Notes: generated from the sequence alone by a model not told the origin. Numbered from the stretch's first letter, positions 19,039 through 29,615 are shown. The stretch: 50,763 bases of DNA from Candidatus Hydrogenedentota bacterium (GCA_034669905.1 JAXMOL010000053.1:1-50763), one strand, 5' to 3'. Program-made: numbers and translations.

Positions 19039-19212
19039 AATTGTTTTTCACACGCGAATTGCGGGGAGTTACCAGATGGTACCAGAATGCCCGTCGTAGG
19101 TGGTTTTTCGTACGGTTCTGTAGGCTCTTGCCCACACAGAATTCTAATGTTTTCAGGGGTTGCAATGATAATAGTCAATAAAAACGGGGTTTTTGTTGTT
19201 GTTCGTAAAAGT

Positions 19213-19228
19213 TGGCACGGCGGTTGCA
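19213..19228 (+). promoter_or_regulatory. Sigma-54 (-24/-12) promoter
   Basis: TGGCACGGCGGTTGCA matches TGGCAC-N5-TTGCW exactly; AT-rich upstream region. Confidence 0.8.
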
Positions 19229-19249
19229 TATAGTGTTGCATGAGCCGAA

Positions 19250-19445
19250 TCCAACGGACAGGAACGAACATGCAACCGATCAGCGTATGGAAAATTCTCG
19301 TTCGTTGGACCAAAGCCTCCCATTGTGCGGGCCGGGTTGGTGAACCCCCGACATCACTGGCCTGGTCCGCATATAAAAAATTGGATCCTCTCGGTTTGGC
19401 AGGCGCGTCATGGCGCTCTGTTGTCCGGCGCGATGACCGCCTGCC
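19250..19445 (+). ncRNA. Candidate structured leader RNA or sRNA (three hairpins)
   Basis: Stems 19250-19309, 19326-19371 and 19398-19445, with several G-U pairs on the + strand; no known family recognised. Confidence 0.35.
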
Positions 19446-19508
19446 TGGCCGGCTAACAATATGTGCCTTCGTGCAACCACCGCATAAGACAACGCTTGGA
19501 ATGGAACA

Positions 19509-20324
19509 ATGAAATACGGTTTCCTGATTGATATGGATGGGGTTATTTACCGCAGCAGCAATGTGATTGCCGGAGCGGATACCTTCATCAATCGGCTTGT
19601 CGACGATGGCGTCCCTTTTCGCTTCTTGACCAACAACAGTCAGCGTACCCGGCGCGACATGCAGGCCAAGTTGCAGCGCATGGGATTCAATATTACGGAA
19701 GACCATATCTACACCTGCGCGATGGCAACGGCCCGCTATCTCGCCCAACAAAAGCCCCGTGGTACGGCCTATGTAATTGGCGAAGGCGGACTGCTGAATG
19801 CGCTCCACCGTAACGGTTACGCCATTGTAGACCATGACCCGGATTTTGTGGTGGTGGGTGAAGGGCGCACCATGAACTTTGAGGTCATCGAGGCGGCCGT
19901 CAACATGATTCTCGCAGGCGCCCGTCTGGTGGCGACCAATATGGACCCCAATTGCCCCACGGCCACCGGGACGCGACCTGGATGTGGCGCGGTGGTGTCG
20001 ATGATTGAGGCGGCTACCGGGGTAAAGGCCTTTAGTGTTGGCAAACCCAGTCCGGTAATGATGCGGGCTGCGCGAATAGAACTCGGGTTGCGCTCAGCGC
20101 AAACAGTAATGATTGGAGATACCATGGAAACGGACATTCTCGGCGGCGTACAGATGGGATATAAGACGGTATTGGTGCTTTCCGGTGGGACCGAAAAATC
20201 GGCCCTGGGACGTTACGCCTACCAACCCAACGTCGTGGTGGAGTCCATTGCCAATCTAGATACCAACGAACTTTTTCTGGAGCGTGCCGCCGCACTGACC
20301 ACCGCTTCACAGGCGGCGGTCTAA
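19509..20324 (+). CDS. HAD-IIA family hydrolase (NagD-like)
   Basis: DMDGV, FLTNNS, ATNMD, GKPSP, IGDTMETDI. Confidence 0.92.
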   Translation: MKYGFLIDMDGVIYRSSNVIAGADTFINRLVDDGVPFRFLTNNSQRTRRDMQAKLQRMGFNITEDHIYTCAMATARYLAQQKPRGTAYVIGEGGLLNALHRNGYAIVDHDPDFVVVGEGRTMNFEVIEAAVNMILAGARLVATNMDPNCPTATGTRPGCGAVVSMIEAATGVKAFSVGKPSPVMMRAARIELGLRSAQTVMIGDTMETDILGGVQMGYKTVLVLSGGTEKSALGRYAYQPNVVVESIANLDTNELFLERAAALTTASQAAV

Positions 20325-20776
20325 GGGCCGCGCTTCAATGGACGATCTCTCAGCGGCGTCCGGGTGCTTCTTAACCGAGGACCTCACACTGCCTTGCTCG
20401 CGGGACTGCTCTCTCCACCCGCCAGTTCACTCACACCTCGGTTTGGATACCAATGCGCGCATTGCAATGATGCGATATGATTGACCCAAAAACAGCTCAT
20501 CCTACCCGCAGTCACCTGGGCGCCGCTGCCCTCCTCCATGAAAGAACCAGAATTACTCCCCGAAAGGGGAGCCCATCGCCGGAGCAACTGGATTGCACCG
20601 GCGTTTTCTTCTTGGCTCCATTAGTTATCCGGGGTTACGTCGATTCGTGTTTTCAGATACTACCTTCGCGTCTTGACTTTGCCCTGAACTAAAAGTTAGC
20701 CTCATGACAACGTCGGAATTGGGAGCGGATGTACGGGTTGCGCACCGTACCGAAAGCGCGAGGAGGTTTCACCGGT

Positions 20777-22024
20777 ATGATCGAACGGATTACGATCCTC
20801 GGTGGCAGTAGTGTCTATATACCTGAACTGATTTTATCGGTTATTTCCCGGAACCTCAATGTAAAAGAAATTGTGTTGTTGGGACAGGAAGGCAGGAAAC
20901 TGCAACTGGTAGCGAATTTCTGCCAACGATTGATCAACAAGAGTGGGTTCCCGGCGACGGTCAAGGCATCGACCGATGTCCAGGAGGCCGTTTCCGGGGC
21001 AAAATATATTCTGAACCACATTCGCGTGGGCGGAATGCAGGCCCGCATGCGGGACGAGATGCTGCCGCCCAAGTACGGGATGATCGGAGACGAAAATCTC
21101 GGGGCGGGGGGCTTTTCCAATGCCATGCGTACCCTGCCGGTAATTTTTGACATTGCCGAGAAAATCGAAGCGGTCAATCCCGATGCCCATTTCATCAATC
21201 TGACCAATCCGATGGGCATTGTGGTGGAAGGGTTGATCAACTATACCGGCCTGAACGTGGTCGGGGTAAGTGATTTGCCGGGTACCTACATGCGTAAGAT
21301 CGCGCGGGTCCTCCAGGAAAACGTGGATGATCTGAAGTTCGACTATGTGGGATTGAATAATCTGGGGTGGATTCAGGACGTAAAGCTGGACAAGCGGAGT
21401 TGTATGAGCCGCTTGCTCGAGATGCTCGAATCCCACAGCGAAGACGGCTTCGATTATGAGCTGATCGACCTGTTCCGGATGATTCCCACCCGAAATACCG
21501 GTATGTATTTTCATCGCTCAGAAGTGCTTCGAAAGCAGAAGGCCTGTTCCCGGTTCCGGGCGGAAATCCTGCACGAGGCTGAAAAACGCATTCTAAAGCT
21601 CTACGAAGACGATCACCTCAATGAAGTACCGGATCTGACCCGTCAGCGAAATGCAATCTGGTATGAAGAAACTATCCTTCCGCTCATAGAAGCCTTGGAA
21701 GATGAGAAAGAACATAATATAATACTCTGTGCGCGCAACAATGGTTGTATCCGGGACCTGCCAGACAACAGCAGTGTCGAGGTGCCCACCAGAGTAAGCA
21801 AGCGCGGTATTGAGGCACAGAAAGTTGGCAGCCTGCCGAGATTCCTGAAAGGCGTCTTCCTGGCGGCCAAAGAGAGTGATCGGCTGACGGTGGAAGCGGT
21901 TCGCCATCGGAGTCGGGAATACGCCCTGCAGGCGCTCACGATTAACCCTTTCGTGCCTTCGCTGGAAACTGCAGTAACCTATCTGGATCGGATTATCAAA
22001 GATGAACACATTGAACTTCACTGA
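20777..22024 (+). CDS. GH4-family (6-phospho-beta-glucosidase-like) protein with a degenerate active site
   Basis: ITILGGSSVYIPE, IRVGG, GAGGF..AMRT, NLTNP, NNGCI.DLP...VEVP; catalytic residues substituted (see findings). Confidence 0.85.
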   Translation: MIERITILGGSSVYIPELILSVISRNLNVKEIVLLGQEGRKLQLVANFCQRLINKSGFPATVKASTDVQEAVSGAKYILNHIRVGGMQARMRDEMLPPKYGMIGDENLGAGGFSNAMRTLPVIFDIAEKIEAVNPDAHFINLTNPMGIVVEGLINYTGLNVVGVSDLPGTYMRKIARVLQENVDDLKFDYVGLNNLGWIQDVKLDKRSCMSRLLEMLESHSEDGFDYELIDLFRMIPTRNTGMYFHRSEVLRKQKACSRFRAEILHEAEKRILKLYEDDHLNEVPDLTRQRNAIWYEETILPLIEALEDEKEHNIILCARNNGCIRDLPDNSSVEVPTRVSKRGIEAQKVGSLPRFLKGVFLAAKESDRLTVEAVRHRSREYALQALTINPFVPSLETAVTYLDRIIKDEHIELH

Positions 22025-23387
22025 AAGCACCTTGCGGCGCACCGTGCTGCGCGCAGGAATTTTTGCGGCCCTGCTGTCTGCGGGCCTATTGAGTGGCGTG
22101 CCCGCCCATGGGGTGCCCATCAGCGGTGGGAGCGGGGCAAGTCTTTCCTCCATCGCCGGAAGCCCTACCCTCGTTACCGTTATTCTACGGGGCGGTGCCA
22201 AGGACCCGAATCTTCAGGTCGCCGAAGTGCAAGGCGGGTTGATCGTCTTTACGACGGACGATGGCAACCGTATCAGCTACACGAAGACGGATATTGAACG
22301 GATAGAGATTCAGGGCAGTGTTGTAGAGAAAAACCCCACTTACGTGCCCAGCACTGTCGCCTTGCGGCCGGAAGAGCAACGGATCGTGGACGGGGCCTTT
22401 GTGCGCGCGGCGGAGTTGTTCCAGAACAGCAAGGACAACCAGGGATTACGCATCCGGGCGGCCGGGCTTCTGGCGTACAACGGCAACAAAGAAGCGGCCG
22501 AGTACCTGAATTCGCTGGCCAATTCCAATAATCTCCAAACCCGTCTGGATGCCGCCTTGTGGGGGCTTTATCTGGCGGATAAACCCGTACCCGAGAGTCT
22601 CGTGCGCGATGGGTTGTCCAGCAACAACCGGAATCTCAAGGCCGCGACAGCAGTCATTGCGGGGCTCTACAAGGAGCAGGATGCAATCTCCGATCTGGTG
22701 ACCATGCTCAATGACCGCTCGGCTCAGTTTTCGGCGCCGGCGGCGGTGGCCCTGGCCCGATTGGGTCATCGGGAAATCATCCCCCAGTTGCTGGACCTGA
22801 TCGGAAGCACAAGCGAAGAGAAGAACTATGCGGGAATGAACGGACTGGTCTTGCTCGGTGGGGACGACGTGATCGAGTCGGTCAAGTACCGTATTGAAGA
22901 AACCGATGGTTTGGAACGTTTTCGTCTGATTCGGGTGCTCCATGAGTTGGGCGCACCGGAAGCCCGCAAGCATTTGATCCGGGTCTTCAATGAAGAGCTG
23001 ACCATCAAGCCGGAAGCGGCCTTGATTCTCGCCTCCGACGACTATTGGGAAGCAATCCAGTATTTGCAGGAGCGACTGAAGCGCCGGGAAGATCCCACCT
23101 ATGACAATCTGGTCTACCGTGCGCGTAACGCCCATGCGATTCTTCAAAGTGGCGACATGTCGGCCATTCACGTTTTTCAGTCCTTGCTGCGGGAAGATGA
23201 CACCAAGATCCGCAGTTGGGTGCTTTTCCTGATTGCCGACCTGGCGGACAATGACTTGCTGAAGCTTATTCAGCCCTCCATTCAGAATGTGGATTCAGGG
23301 CTGTCGGTCATTGCATGCAGTACCGCGGTGGCGATTGCGTCCCCCGAGTTTCGCACCCATTTCCAAGATGTAGCTGGCACGCCGTGA
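22002..23387 (+). CDS. Secreted HEAT-repeat protein
   Basis: Signal peptide; helical repeats such as LVTMLND...AAVALARLG; overlaps the end of the GH4 gene. Confidence 0.75.
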   Translation: MNTLNFTESTLRRTVLRAGIFAALLSAGLLSGVPAHGVPISGGSGASLSSIAGSPTLVTVILRGGAKDPNLQVAEVQGGLIVFTTDDGNRISYTKTDIERIEIQGSVVEKNPTYVPSTVALRPEEQRIVDGAFVRAAELFQNSKDNQGLRIRAAGLLAYNGNKEAAEYLNSLANSNNLQTRLDAALWGLYLADKPVPESLVRDGLSSNNRNLKAATAVIAGLYKEQDAISDLVTMLNDRSAQFSAPAAVALARLGHREIIPQLLDLIGSTSEEKNYAGMNGLVLLGGDDVIESVKYRIEETDGLERFRLIRVLHELGAPEARKHLIRVFNEELTIKPEAALILASDDYWEAIQYLQERLKRREDPTYDNLVYRARNAHAILQSGDMSAIHVFQSLLREDDTKIRSWVLFLIADLADNDLLKLIQPSIQNVDSGLSVIACSTAVAIASPEFRTHFQDVAGTP

Positions 23388-23388
23388 C

Positions 23389-23658
23389 GTGCGTGTTCGC
23401 GTGCACATCACGGGACGGGTGCAAGGCGTAGGGTTCCGGTTTCACACCACCCGGCAAGCGAGTCAACGCTCGCTTACCGGGTGGGTTCGTAATTGTTCCG
23501 ATGGCGGGGTGGAGGCGGAGTTTCAGGGAGCAGAAGACCAGATCGCGGATATGGTGACGTGGTGCCATGGAGGGCCTGTGACCGCGTCGGTACGCAATGT
23601 GGAGGTTGTTGCCTGCGAAGAGTTGGCGGGAGAACAGGCCTTTCATGTGCGTGATTGA
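23389..23658 (+). CDS. acyP: Acylphosphatase
   Basis: GRVQGVGFR and GWVRN signatures. Confidence 0.95.
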   Translation: MRVRVHITGRVQGVGFRFHTTRQASQRSLTGWVRNCSDGGVEAEFQGAEDQIADMVTWCHGGPVTASVRNVEVVACEELAGEQAFHVRD

Positions 23659-23807
23659 GGACGGTGATTCGGGGGTGGCGAGGGCTTGAATTGGTGAGCG
23701 GCAGGGCGTCCGGTGGGGGCGGCGTGTTCTATGGGGCACCAGTTGAACCCTTCCGTGTGTTAGACTCCCTGTGTCTGACGGAATTCGAAGAGAAAGTCCA
23801 TTAAGCA

Positions 23808-24506
23808 ATGCAGCCCCTGGAAATGAAGCTTCGCCGTAGTATCGACGAAGCCCGCGCCCGACATGGCGCCGCACTGGAAGCCGTAGCGAAGGTAAAAGAG
23901 CTTCTTGCGAAGGCCGATCAGCGTCGGCTCAAGGAGCCTCAGGATGCCCGCAAGTGGCATCGGGTGCTGGAGAATCTGGAGACCTCCCTGGACGACACGA
24001 AAAAGCGTGTGAGCGCGGCTGAATTGGAATTACTTCGGCTGGAACGGGAGTTGAAAGAGCTTCGGCAGCACGTAGAGCGCGGCGAAGAGGTGGATTCGGC
24101 CGCGGTCGATTCGGTCATATTCTCAGTGGAACAACCCGAAGGTCCAGGCCCCCGCAATCTGGAAGAGGCCGCCCGTCTGGAAAGCAGCATCAGTGGGTCG
24201 GGGGGCGGAGATATTCACCTGGCGGCCCGACTGGAGTTGGCAAACCAGATGGGCGAGACCTACGAAATCGACGATGCCGGCCAGACGCCACGTCGGCAGG
24301 AAGCGTTGCGCGGTGCCATTGCCAAGATCAGCCAGCGAAAGTTTGATTCCATGTCTCACGATGAAATTAAGCTGGTCGTGGCCTGTCACTCCCTGCTCAC
24401 CCGTCGCCTCGCGCCAACGCCCCGGGATCAACGTCTCAAACGGATTCTGGATGGTGCCATTCGCGTCCTGGAGCGGCGGAAATCGGATTTGGATGGCGAC
24501 GACTGA
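23808..24506 (+). CDS. Hypothetical coiled-coil protein
   Basis: 232-aa ORF with a heptad-rich N-terminal half; coding-like composition. Confidence 0.65.
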   Translation: MQPLEMKLRRSIDEARARHGAALEAVAKVKELLAKADQRRLKEPQDARKWHRVLENLETSLDDTKKRVSAAELELLRLERELKELRQHVERGEEVDSAAVDSVIFSVEQPEGPGPRNLEEAARLESSISGSGGGDIHLAARLELANQMGETYEIDDAGQTPRRQEALRGAIAKISQRKFDSMSHDEIKLVVACHSLLTRRLAPTPRDQRLKRILDGAIRVLERRKSDLDGDD

Positions 24507-24697
24507 CCGCGTCGGGTGAGATAGTTGCAAAGCCGACTTCGACCGTTTATTATACCTCCTCTGGTGACAGAGAGCTGTTGCCAATTTATTACCTACCATC
24601 GTGTTTCTTTAGATCCCCCAGCAGTGTTTTCGCCGCTCCCGTACTCGCATGGTGCCGCTCGGCCTATGGGAAGCGTGTCGTCTGTGTTACCAGGAGA

Positions 24698-25228
24698 ATG
24701 TCAGTGGCAACCCCTTCCCCCAAAAACTCGTTTACCCAAGAAGAGCTGATTCAGGCCGGTCATGGCAAGCTGTTCGATCCGGAGTCTCCGCGGCTTCCCC
24801 TTCCCAATATGTTGATGATGGATCGTATCGCGCATATTTCCAAAGAAGGCGGCGCCTACGGCAAGGGCGAAATCGTAGCGGAATTGGATATTAAGCCCGA
24901 CCTGTGGTTCTTCGATTGCCATTTCGAAACCGACCCGGTCATGCCGGGCTGCCTGGGCCTCGACGCCATGTGGCAGTTGGCGGGCTTCTACATGGGCTGG
25001 GCAGGCTACGAAGGCCGTGGCCGGGCGCTGGGCGTGAAAGAGGTGAAGTTCACCGGCCAAATCCTGCCCACCGCGAAAAAAGTTACCTATCGGATTGATG
25101 TGCGCCGCCTGCTGGCCCTCAAGCTGACGATGATTGTCGCAGACGGCAGTGTCGAGGTGGATGGACGAACGATCTACACCGCAAAAGACCTGAAGGTGGG
25201 GCTCTTCTCGGATACGTCTGGCTTCTAA
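24698..25228 (+). CDS. fabA: 3-hydroxydecanoyl-ACP dehydratase/isomerase FabA
   Basis: [45 protein letters not shown] (His/Asp dyad); GRALG. Confidence 0.93.
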   Translation: MSVATPSPKNSFTQEELIQAGHGKLFDPESPRLPLPNMLMMDRIAHISKEGGAYGKGEIVAELDIKPDLWFFDCHFETDPVMPGCLGLDAMWQLAGFYMGWAGYEGRGRALGVKEVKFTGQILPTAKKVTYRIDVRRLLALKLTMIVADGSVEVDGRTIYTAKDLKVGLFSDTSGF

Positions 25229-25257
25229 GGCCCGACCCTATCGCGAATTTTCAATGC

Positions 25258-25294
25258 AGCCACCGTAATTCTTTGGATTACGGTGGCTTTTCTT
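25258..25294. terminator. Terminator between convergent fabA and natB-like genes
   Basis: AGCCACCGTAAT / ATTACGGTGGCT followed by TTTCTT. Confidence 0.75.
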
Positions 25295-25325
25295 ATCGGT
25301 GGCCTTCTGCGGGGCGCTCCGTGGT

Positions 25326-27386
25326 TCACCCGGTCGTCGGGGTTTCGGACGACGTCTTTTCCTGTTTTCGGCTACTCAGCTCGACGAGGGCGATGCCCAC
25401 GAGAAAGCCCAGCACCGCGAGTGCCAGGACCGCTTTGGGCAATCCCTTTTCTTCGAAGGACTCCAGCCCGAGGACGGTTCCCACAAAGGCGGGCATACGC
25501 TCGGTGGTAAGCAGGATGGCGAAGCTGTTGTTCATCAGGTGGACCAGCATGGCGGCGTAAATGGAGCCGGTCCGCAGGGTTAAGTAGGTGAGCACCATGC
25601 CGAGAATGGCGATGGGGGGGATCCGGAAGATACTGATATGGAAGATTCCGAAAAGCAGGCCAACGAGGAGGACGCAGGGCCAGATGCCCATACGGGAGCG
25701 CATGCCACTGAGGATGACCCCCCGGAACATGACTTCTTCGCAGATGGCAGGGGAGACGGCGGCGACGAAGAGGAGGACGAGCACCTGGAGCAGGCTGCCA
25801 TCGCTGCTGAAGAGCTTGGCCATTTCCTCTTCAAACTCGGCGGGCACCGGCAAGACCTGGTTAAACCAGAAGCCCAGTTGAATGACCAAAAGGATGGAGA
25901 AGAGTCCCAGCACGATGGAGGCCACGGCCCCGCCTATGGACAGGGGACGGAGATTCAGGGCTGACTTGAAGTTGACCTTGGCATACCAGAGCAGGAGCAG
26001 GATGGGGGCCAGAAGCATGAGCCATTCGGTGATGAGGAGCCCGGGCAGGAGTTTCCAGGCCTGGACCGTGCTGCCCACATAAAACAACATGATGAGCATG
26101 ACCGTGAAAAGACCGAGGGACATGGAGGCGGTAATCGTCGGGCGGGGCCGGAACTCACTGCGGCGCCAGGTGAGGGGGAAGCCTTTCTCTTCGGAAAGGA
26201 CGACTTCTTCCCGCTGGAAAAGCCAGGCGGCAAATTGGAGGGCCAGCACGGCGAAGGCGGCGGTGCTGAGGAAGACCGCGAAGGTCGCTTCAAAGGAGGC
26301 CTTGCCGGTCATCATATCCCGGAAAAGGAGGATGACGTTGGCAATGGGTATGAACTGGGTGCCCGCGCTGAGTTTTACCCCGGGCAGACTCGCAAAGAGG
26401 GCCGGCATGGTGATGACCACAAAGAAGGGGGTCACATAATTCTGGGCCTCCTTAAAGCTCCGCGCGAATACGGCAATGGCCATCATGATGGCGGAAATGA
26501 AGAAGGCGAGGGGTATGAGGATGAGAAAAAACGTCACAATGGCGCTGGGCGGAAACTGAATCTCAAATTGGACCGCGTCGCCCAGGATGGGCTTGAGTTG
26601 GCTGGCCATGAAGACAAAGGTGGCGGCCATACTGCCGAGGTTCAGGAGGCCGGTCATCATGGCGAGCAGGAAGACAGTCACAAACTTTCCGGTGACAATT
26701 TCCAGCTTCGTGGTGGGCGTCGACAAAAGGGTCTCAAAGGTGCCCCGCTCTTTTTCGCCTGCCGTCACGTCGACAGCGGGATAAAAGGCGCCCAGAGCCA
26801 GCATGACCACCATAATGACCGGGAGAATGGTGCCCAGGGCGTTTCCGGTGGTCTTGGCCGGAGGCGCCATGTCTTCCCGTTCAATTTGGAGGGGATTGAT
26901 ATAGGCCCGGTCCAGGCTGCGGTCCGCGAGACGGGTGTCCAGGAGGGCCTCGCCGTCTTTCTCCAGGCCACTGCGCACCCGCCCGGCGGCATCCATGGAG
27001 GTGAACTCGGTGGAGTCGAAGCGGACTTCCACCGTGACAGAGCGTCCTTCTGCCAAGGGAGTAGCGACCGGGCCGTCGATATGGATAACGGCGTCGATAT
27101 CGCCTGCGTCCAGGTCTTCAGCAGGTGTCTCGGTTTCGACCAGTTCGACCATTTCGATGTCTTCAAGCCAACCGCGGACGAGCTCCGGCTCTTCGGTCTC
27201 CAGGGCAACCCGTGAAACGGTTTCCTCGAGGGTCGCGTGCTGTATGAGCGCTCCCTGGAGTCCGACAATAAGCAGCATGGGATAGAGCAGCACCGGCACA
27301 CCGATCATCATGATCAGGGTGCGTTTGTCCCGGACGGTATCCAGCATTTCTTTCTTAAAGATCGTCTTAACGGTACGAATATTCAC
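25326..27386 (-). CDS. NatB-like ABC-2 permease fused to a CPBP (Abi/CAAX) intramembrane protease
   Basis: KKEMLDTVRDKRT, AGEKERGTFETLL; C-terminal EEVMFRG, FGIFH, HLMNN motifs. Confidence 0.88.
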   Translation of the reverse strand: MNIRTVKTIFKKEMLDTVRDKRTLIMMIGVPVLLYPMLLIVGLQGALIQHATLEETVSRVALETEEPELVRGWLEDIEMVELVETETPAEDLDAGDIDAVIHIDGPVATPLAEGRSVTVEVRFDSTEFTSMDAAGRVRSGLEKDGEALLDTRLADRSLDRAYINPLQIEREDMAPPAKTTGNALGTILPVIMVVMLALGAFYPAVDVTAGEKERGTFETLLSTPTTKLEIVTGKFVTVFLLAMMTGLLNLGSMAATFVFMASQLKPILGDAVQFEIQFPPSAIVTFFLILIPLAFFISAIMMAIAVFARSFKEAQNYVTPFFVVITMPALFASLPGVKLSAGTQFIPIANVILLFRDMMTGKASFEATFAVFLSTAAFAVLALQFAAWLFQREEVVLSEEKGFPLTWRRSEFRPRPTITASMSLGLFTVMLIMLFYVGSTVQAWKLLPGLLITEWLMLLAPILLLLWYAKVNFKSALNLRPLSIGGAVASIVLGLFSILLVIQLGFWFNQVLPVPAEFEEEMAKLFSSDGSLLQVLVLLFVAAVSPAICEEVMFRGVILSGMRSRMGIWPCVLLVGLLFGIFHISIFRIPPIAILGMVLTYLTLRTGSIYAAMLVHLMNNSFAILLTTERMPAFVGTVLGLESFEEKGLPKAVLALAVLGFLVGIALVELSSRKQEKTSSETPTTG

Positions 27387-28138
27387 GCGCCGGCCTCCAC
27401 TTCATCGCCTACCAGATTGAGAAAAGACTGCTGCAGGTTGGTTGCGCCGGCCTGTTCGTAGAGCGCTTCTTTGCTGCCGATAGCGAGCAGTTCCCCATTG
27501 TAGATGAGCCCGACCCGGTCGCAGAGGGTTTCCGCTTCGGTCATGTAATGCGTCGAGAAGATGATGCTGTGTCCCCGCTCCTTGGCGTGAAGAATGAACT
27601 CGAGGATGCTGCGGCTGGTCATGATATCGAGGCCGAGGGTGGGTTCATCGAGAATAAGCACCTTGGGGTCGTGCAGAATCACCCGGGCAATCGATACTTT
27701 CTGGGTTTGCCCCGTCGAAAGGGCTTCGCAGCGCCGATCGATAAAGGTGGTCATGTCGAGCATGTCGGCCAGTTCGTCAATGCGGGATTGTATTTTTCCG
27801 TCATCCATACCGTAGAGGCGCCCAAAGTAAAAAAGGACCTCGGATGCCGTCAGACGACCATAGAGCTTGGTATTGCCGGAGAGGAATCCGATGTCTTTTC
27901 GGATATCATCCTTCGCTTCATCGGTTCGCACGTCGCCGACCCAGCAGTAGCCGGAGGTGGGGGAGATAATCGTGCCCAGCATACGGAGCAGGGTGGTCTT
28001 TCCCGCGCCATTGGGGCCGAGGAGCCCGAAGACTTCACCCGGTTCTACCGAGAAGGTTGCCCCCTTCACCGCTTCCACGGCTTCACCCCGGGGCGGGAAA
28101 AAAACTTTGCGTAAGGATTCAGCACGTAGCATAGACAA
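27383..28138 (-). CDS. NatA-like ABC transporter ATP-binding protein
   Basis: [23 protein letters not shown]. Confidence 0.92.
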   Translation of the reverse strand: MSMLRAESLRKVFFPPRGEAVEAVKGATFSVEPGEVFGLLGPNGAGKTTLLRMLGTIISPTSGYCWVGDVRTDEAKDDIRKDIGFLSGNTKLYGRLTASEVLFYFGRLYGMDDGKIQSRIDELADMLDMTTFIDRRCEALSTGQTQKVSIARVILHDPKVLILDEPTLGLDIMTSRSILEFILHAKERGHSIIFSTHYMTEAETLCDRVGLIYNGELLAIGSKEALYEQAGATNLQQSFLNLVGDEVEAGA

Positions 28139-28311
28139 TACCCTTTCAAATAAGGTGCTAAGCGTGGCAATTTGGCGGTGTGAATGTCAAGACAGGCACG
28201 GCTTCCGCATCGATTCGCCTTTCAGGGATGGCTGTAGTATATTGGCTGGACGGATGCGGCGAATGGGCTGTTACCCGGAAACGTTTGGTCGGAAAGAAGG
28301 AGAGCGTTGTA

Positions 28312-29451
28312 ATGTTGAGTGTGGTCTTATGCCTGACGGGTGCCCTCACGGCCGCCCCGGAGCAGATAATTCTGGAAGATGCAAAGCAGGTCACCATCTA
28401 CTACGAGGAGGGCCGTTTCGGCGGCTGGCCCGCTAATCACGGGATCTGGAGCTGGGGCAATGAAATCCTGGTGGGCTACAGCCGGGGCTTTTACAAAGAC
28501 CGGGGGGATAGCCATCACTTCGACAAGGAGAAGCCCGAAGAGCACTGGCTGGCCCGCAGTCTGGACGGCGGCGAAACCTGGGCTCTGGAGCATCCGGCGG
28601 AACAGGGATACCTCATCCCGGAAGGCGACTCCCTTCACGGGATTGAGACGCCCGGCCTGGCAATTAAGCCCACGGTGCCGTGTCCGGGGGGAATCAACTT
28701 CACCCATCCGGATTTCGCCATGACCATCCGTATGAACAGTGTTCATGATGGTACGTCGCGTTTCTATTATTCCTATGACCGGGGCAAGACCTGGGAAGGT
28801 CCCTTTCTCATGCCCAGCGTGGGTACCAAAGGTACGGCGTCCCGTACGGATTACCTTGTGGAAGATGCCGATTCATGCATGGTCTTCAGCACGGCCGCGA
28901 AACGGGATGGTAAAGAAGGGCGTGTTTTTTGCCTGCGCACCGATGATGCCGGGAAGACCTGGCGTTTCGTCTCCTACATCGGTGAGGAGCTGACGGGGAA
29001 GGGGCGCTTCGGTATCATGCCGTCTTCGGTGCGGCTCAGCGATAACGAGATTGTCGTGGCCCAGCGTAAGCGGGACGGCGCCGTTCGGAATATTGCGTTT
29101 CACCGGTCCCTGGACAATGGACGCACCTGGCAGCGGGAAGCCGATCCCGTGGCAACCGTGGGTACGGGGAATCCGCCGGCGATGATTATGCTCGAAGACG
29201 GTCGCCTTTGTCTGACCTATGGTTATCGCGCGGAGCCGTTCAGCATGTGTGCCAAACTCAGCGATGATAACGGCAAGACCTGGGGACCGGAGTTGGTGCT
29301 TCGCAATGACGGGGCTACCAAGGATATGGGCTATCCCCGCACGGTCCAGCGTCCCGATGGCAAGGTCGTCACCGTGTATTACTTCTCCGATGGGAAACGG
29401 GGTCCCGAGCGCTTTATTGCCGCCACGATTTGGACACCCCCCGCGAAATAG
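28312..29451 (+). CDS. Sialidase-family / BNR Asp-box protein
   Basis: Five S/TxDxGxTW Asp-boxes; MGYP; signal peptide; AAGGAG RBS. Confidence 0.85.
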   Translation: MLSVVLCLTGALTAAPEQIILEDAKQVTIYYEEGRFGGWPANHGIWSWGNEILVGYSRGFYKDRGDSHHFDKEKPEEHWLARSLDGGETWALEHPAEQGYLIPEGDSLHGIETPGLAIKPTVPCPGGINFTHPDFAMTIRMNSVHDGTSRFYYSYDRGKTWEGPFLMPSVGTKGTASRTDYLVEDADSCMVFSTAAKRDGKEGRVFCLRTDDAGKTWRFVSYIGEELTGKGRFGIMPSSVRLSDNEIVVAQRKRDGAVRNIAFHRSLDNGRTWQREADPVATVGTGNPPAMIMLEDGRLCLTYGYRAEPFSMCAKLSDDNGKTWGPELVLRNDGATKDMGYPRTVQRPDGKVVTVYYFSDGKRGPERFIAATIWTPPAK

Positions 29452-29466
29452 TTGGTTAAATTGTTA

Positions 29467-29507
29467 CGCCCTCCGAACCGGCCCGGTCTGTTTGGAGGGC
29501 GATTTTT
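29467..29507 (+). terminator. Intrinsic terminator
   Basis: CGCCCTCCGAAC / GTTTGGAGGGCG followed by ATTTTT. Confidence 0.75.
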
Positions 29508-29615
29508 GTTTGTGGCGTGCCCTACGCTATGGAGCGCCGGCAGCTCGCCGACCTGGCGAGGCGATGAATTTCGGGTTCAGGTATCCTTCATGCCCGGATT
29601 TAAAACGTAGACGGC

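Noticed and set aside
19295..19380. glnA glutamine riboswitch
   Set aside because: The conserved GGAAGUA/GAAG core and closing pairing were not found. The region is kept only as an unknown structured leader.
20330..20700. Small ORFs or hairpins between the HAD and GH4 genes
   Set aside because: No convincing RBS, motif or extended structure; only short inverted repeats expected by chance.
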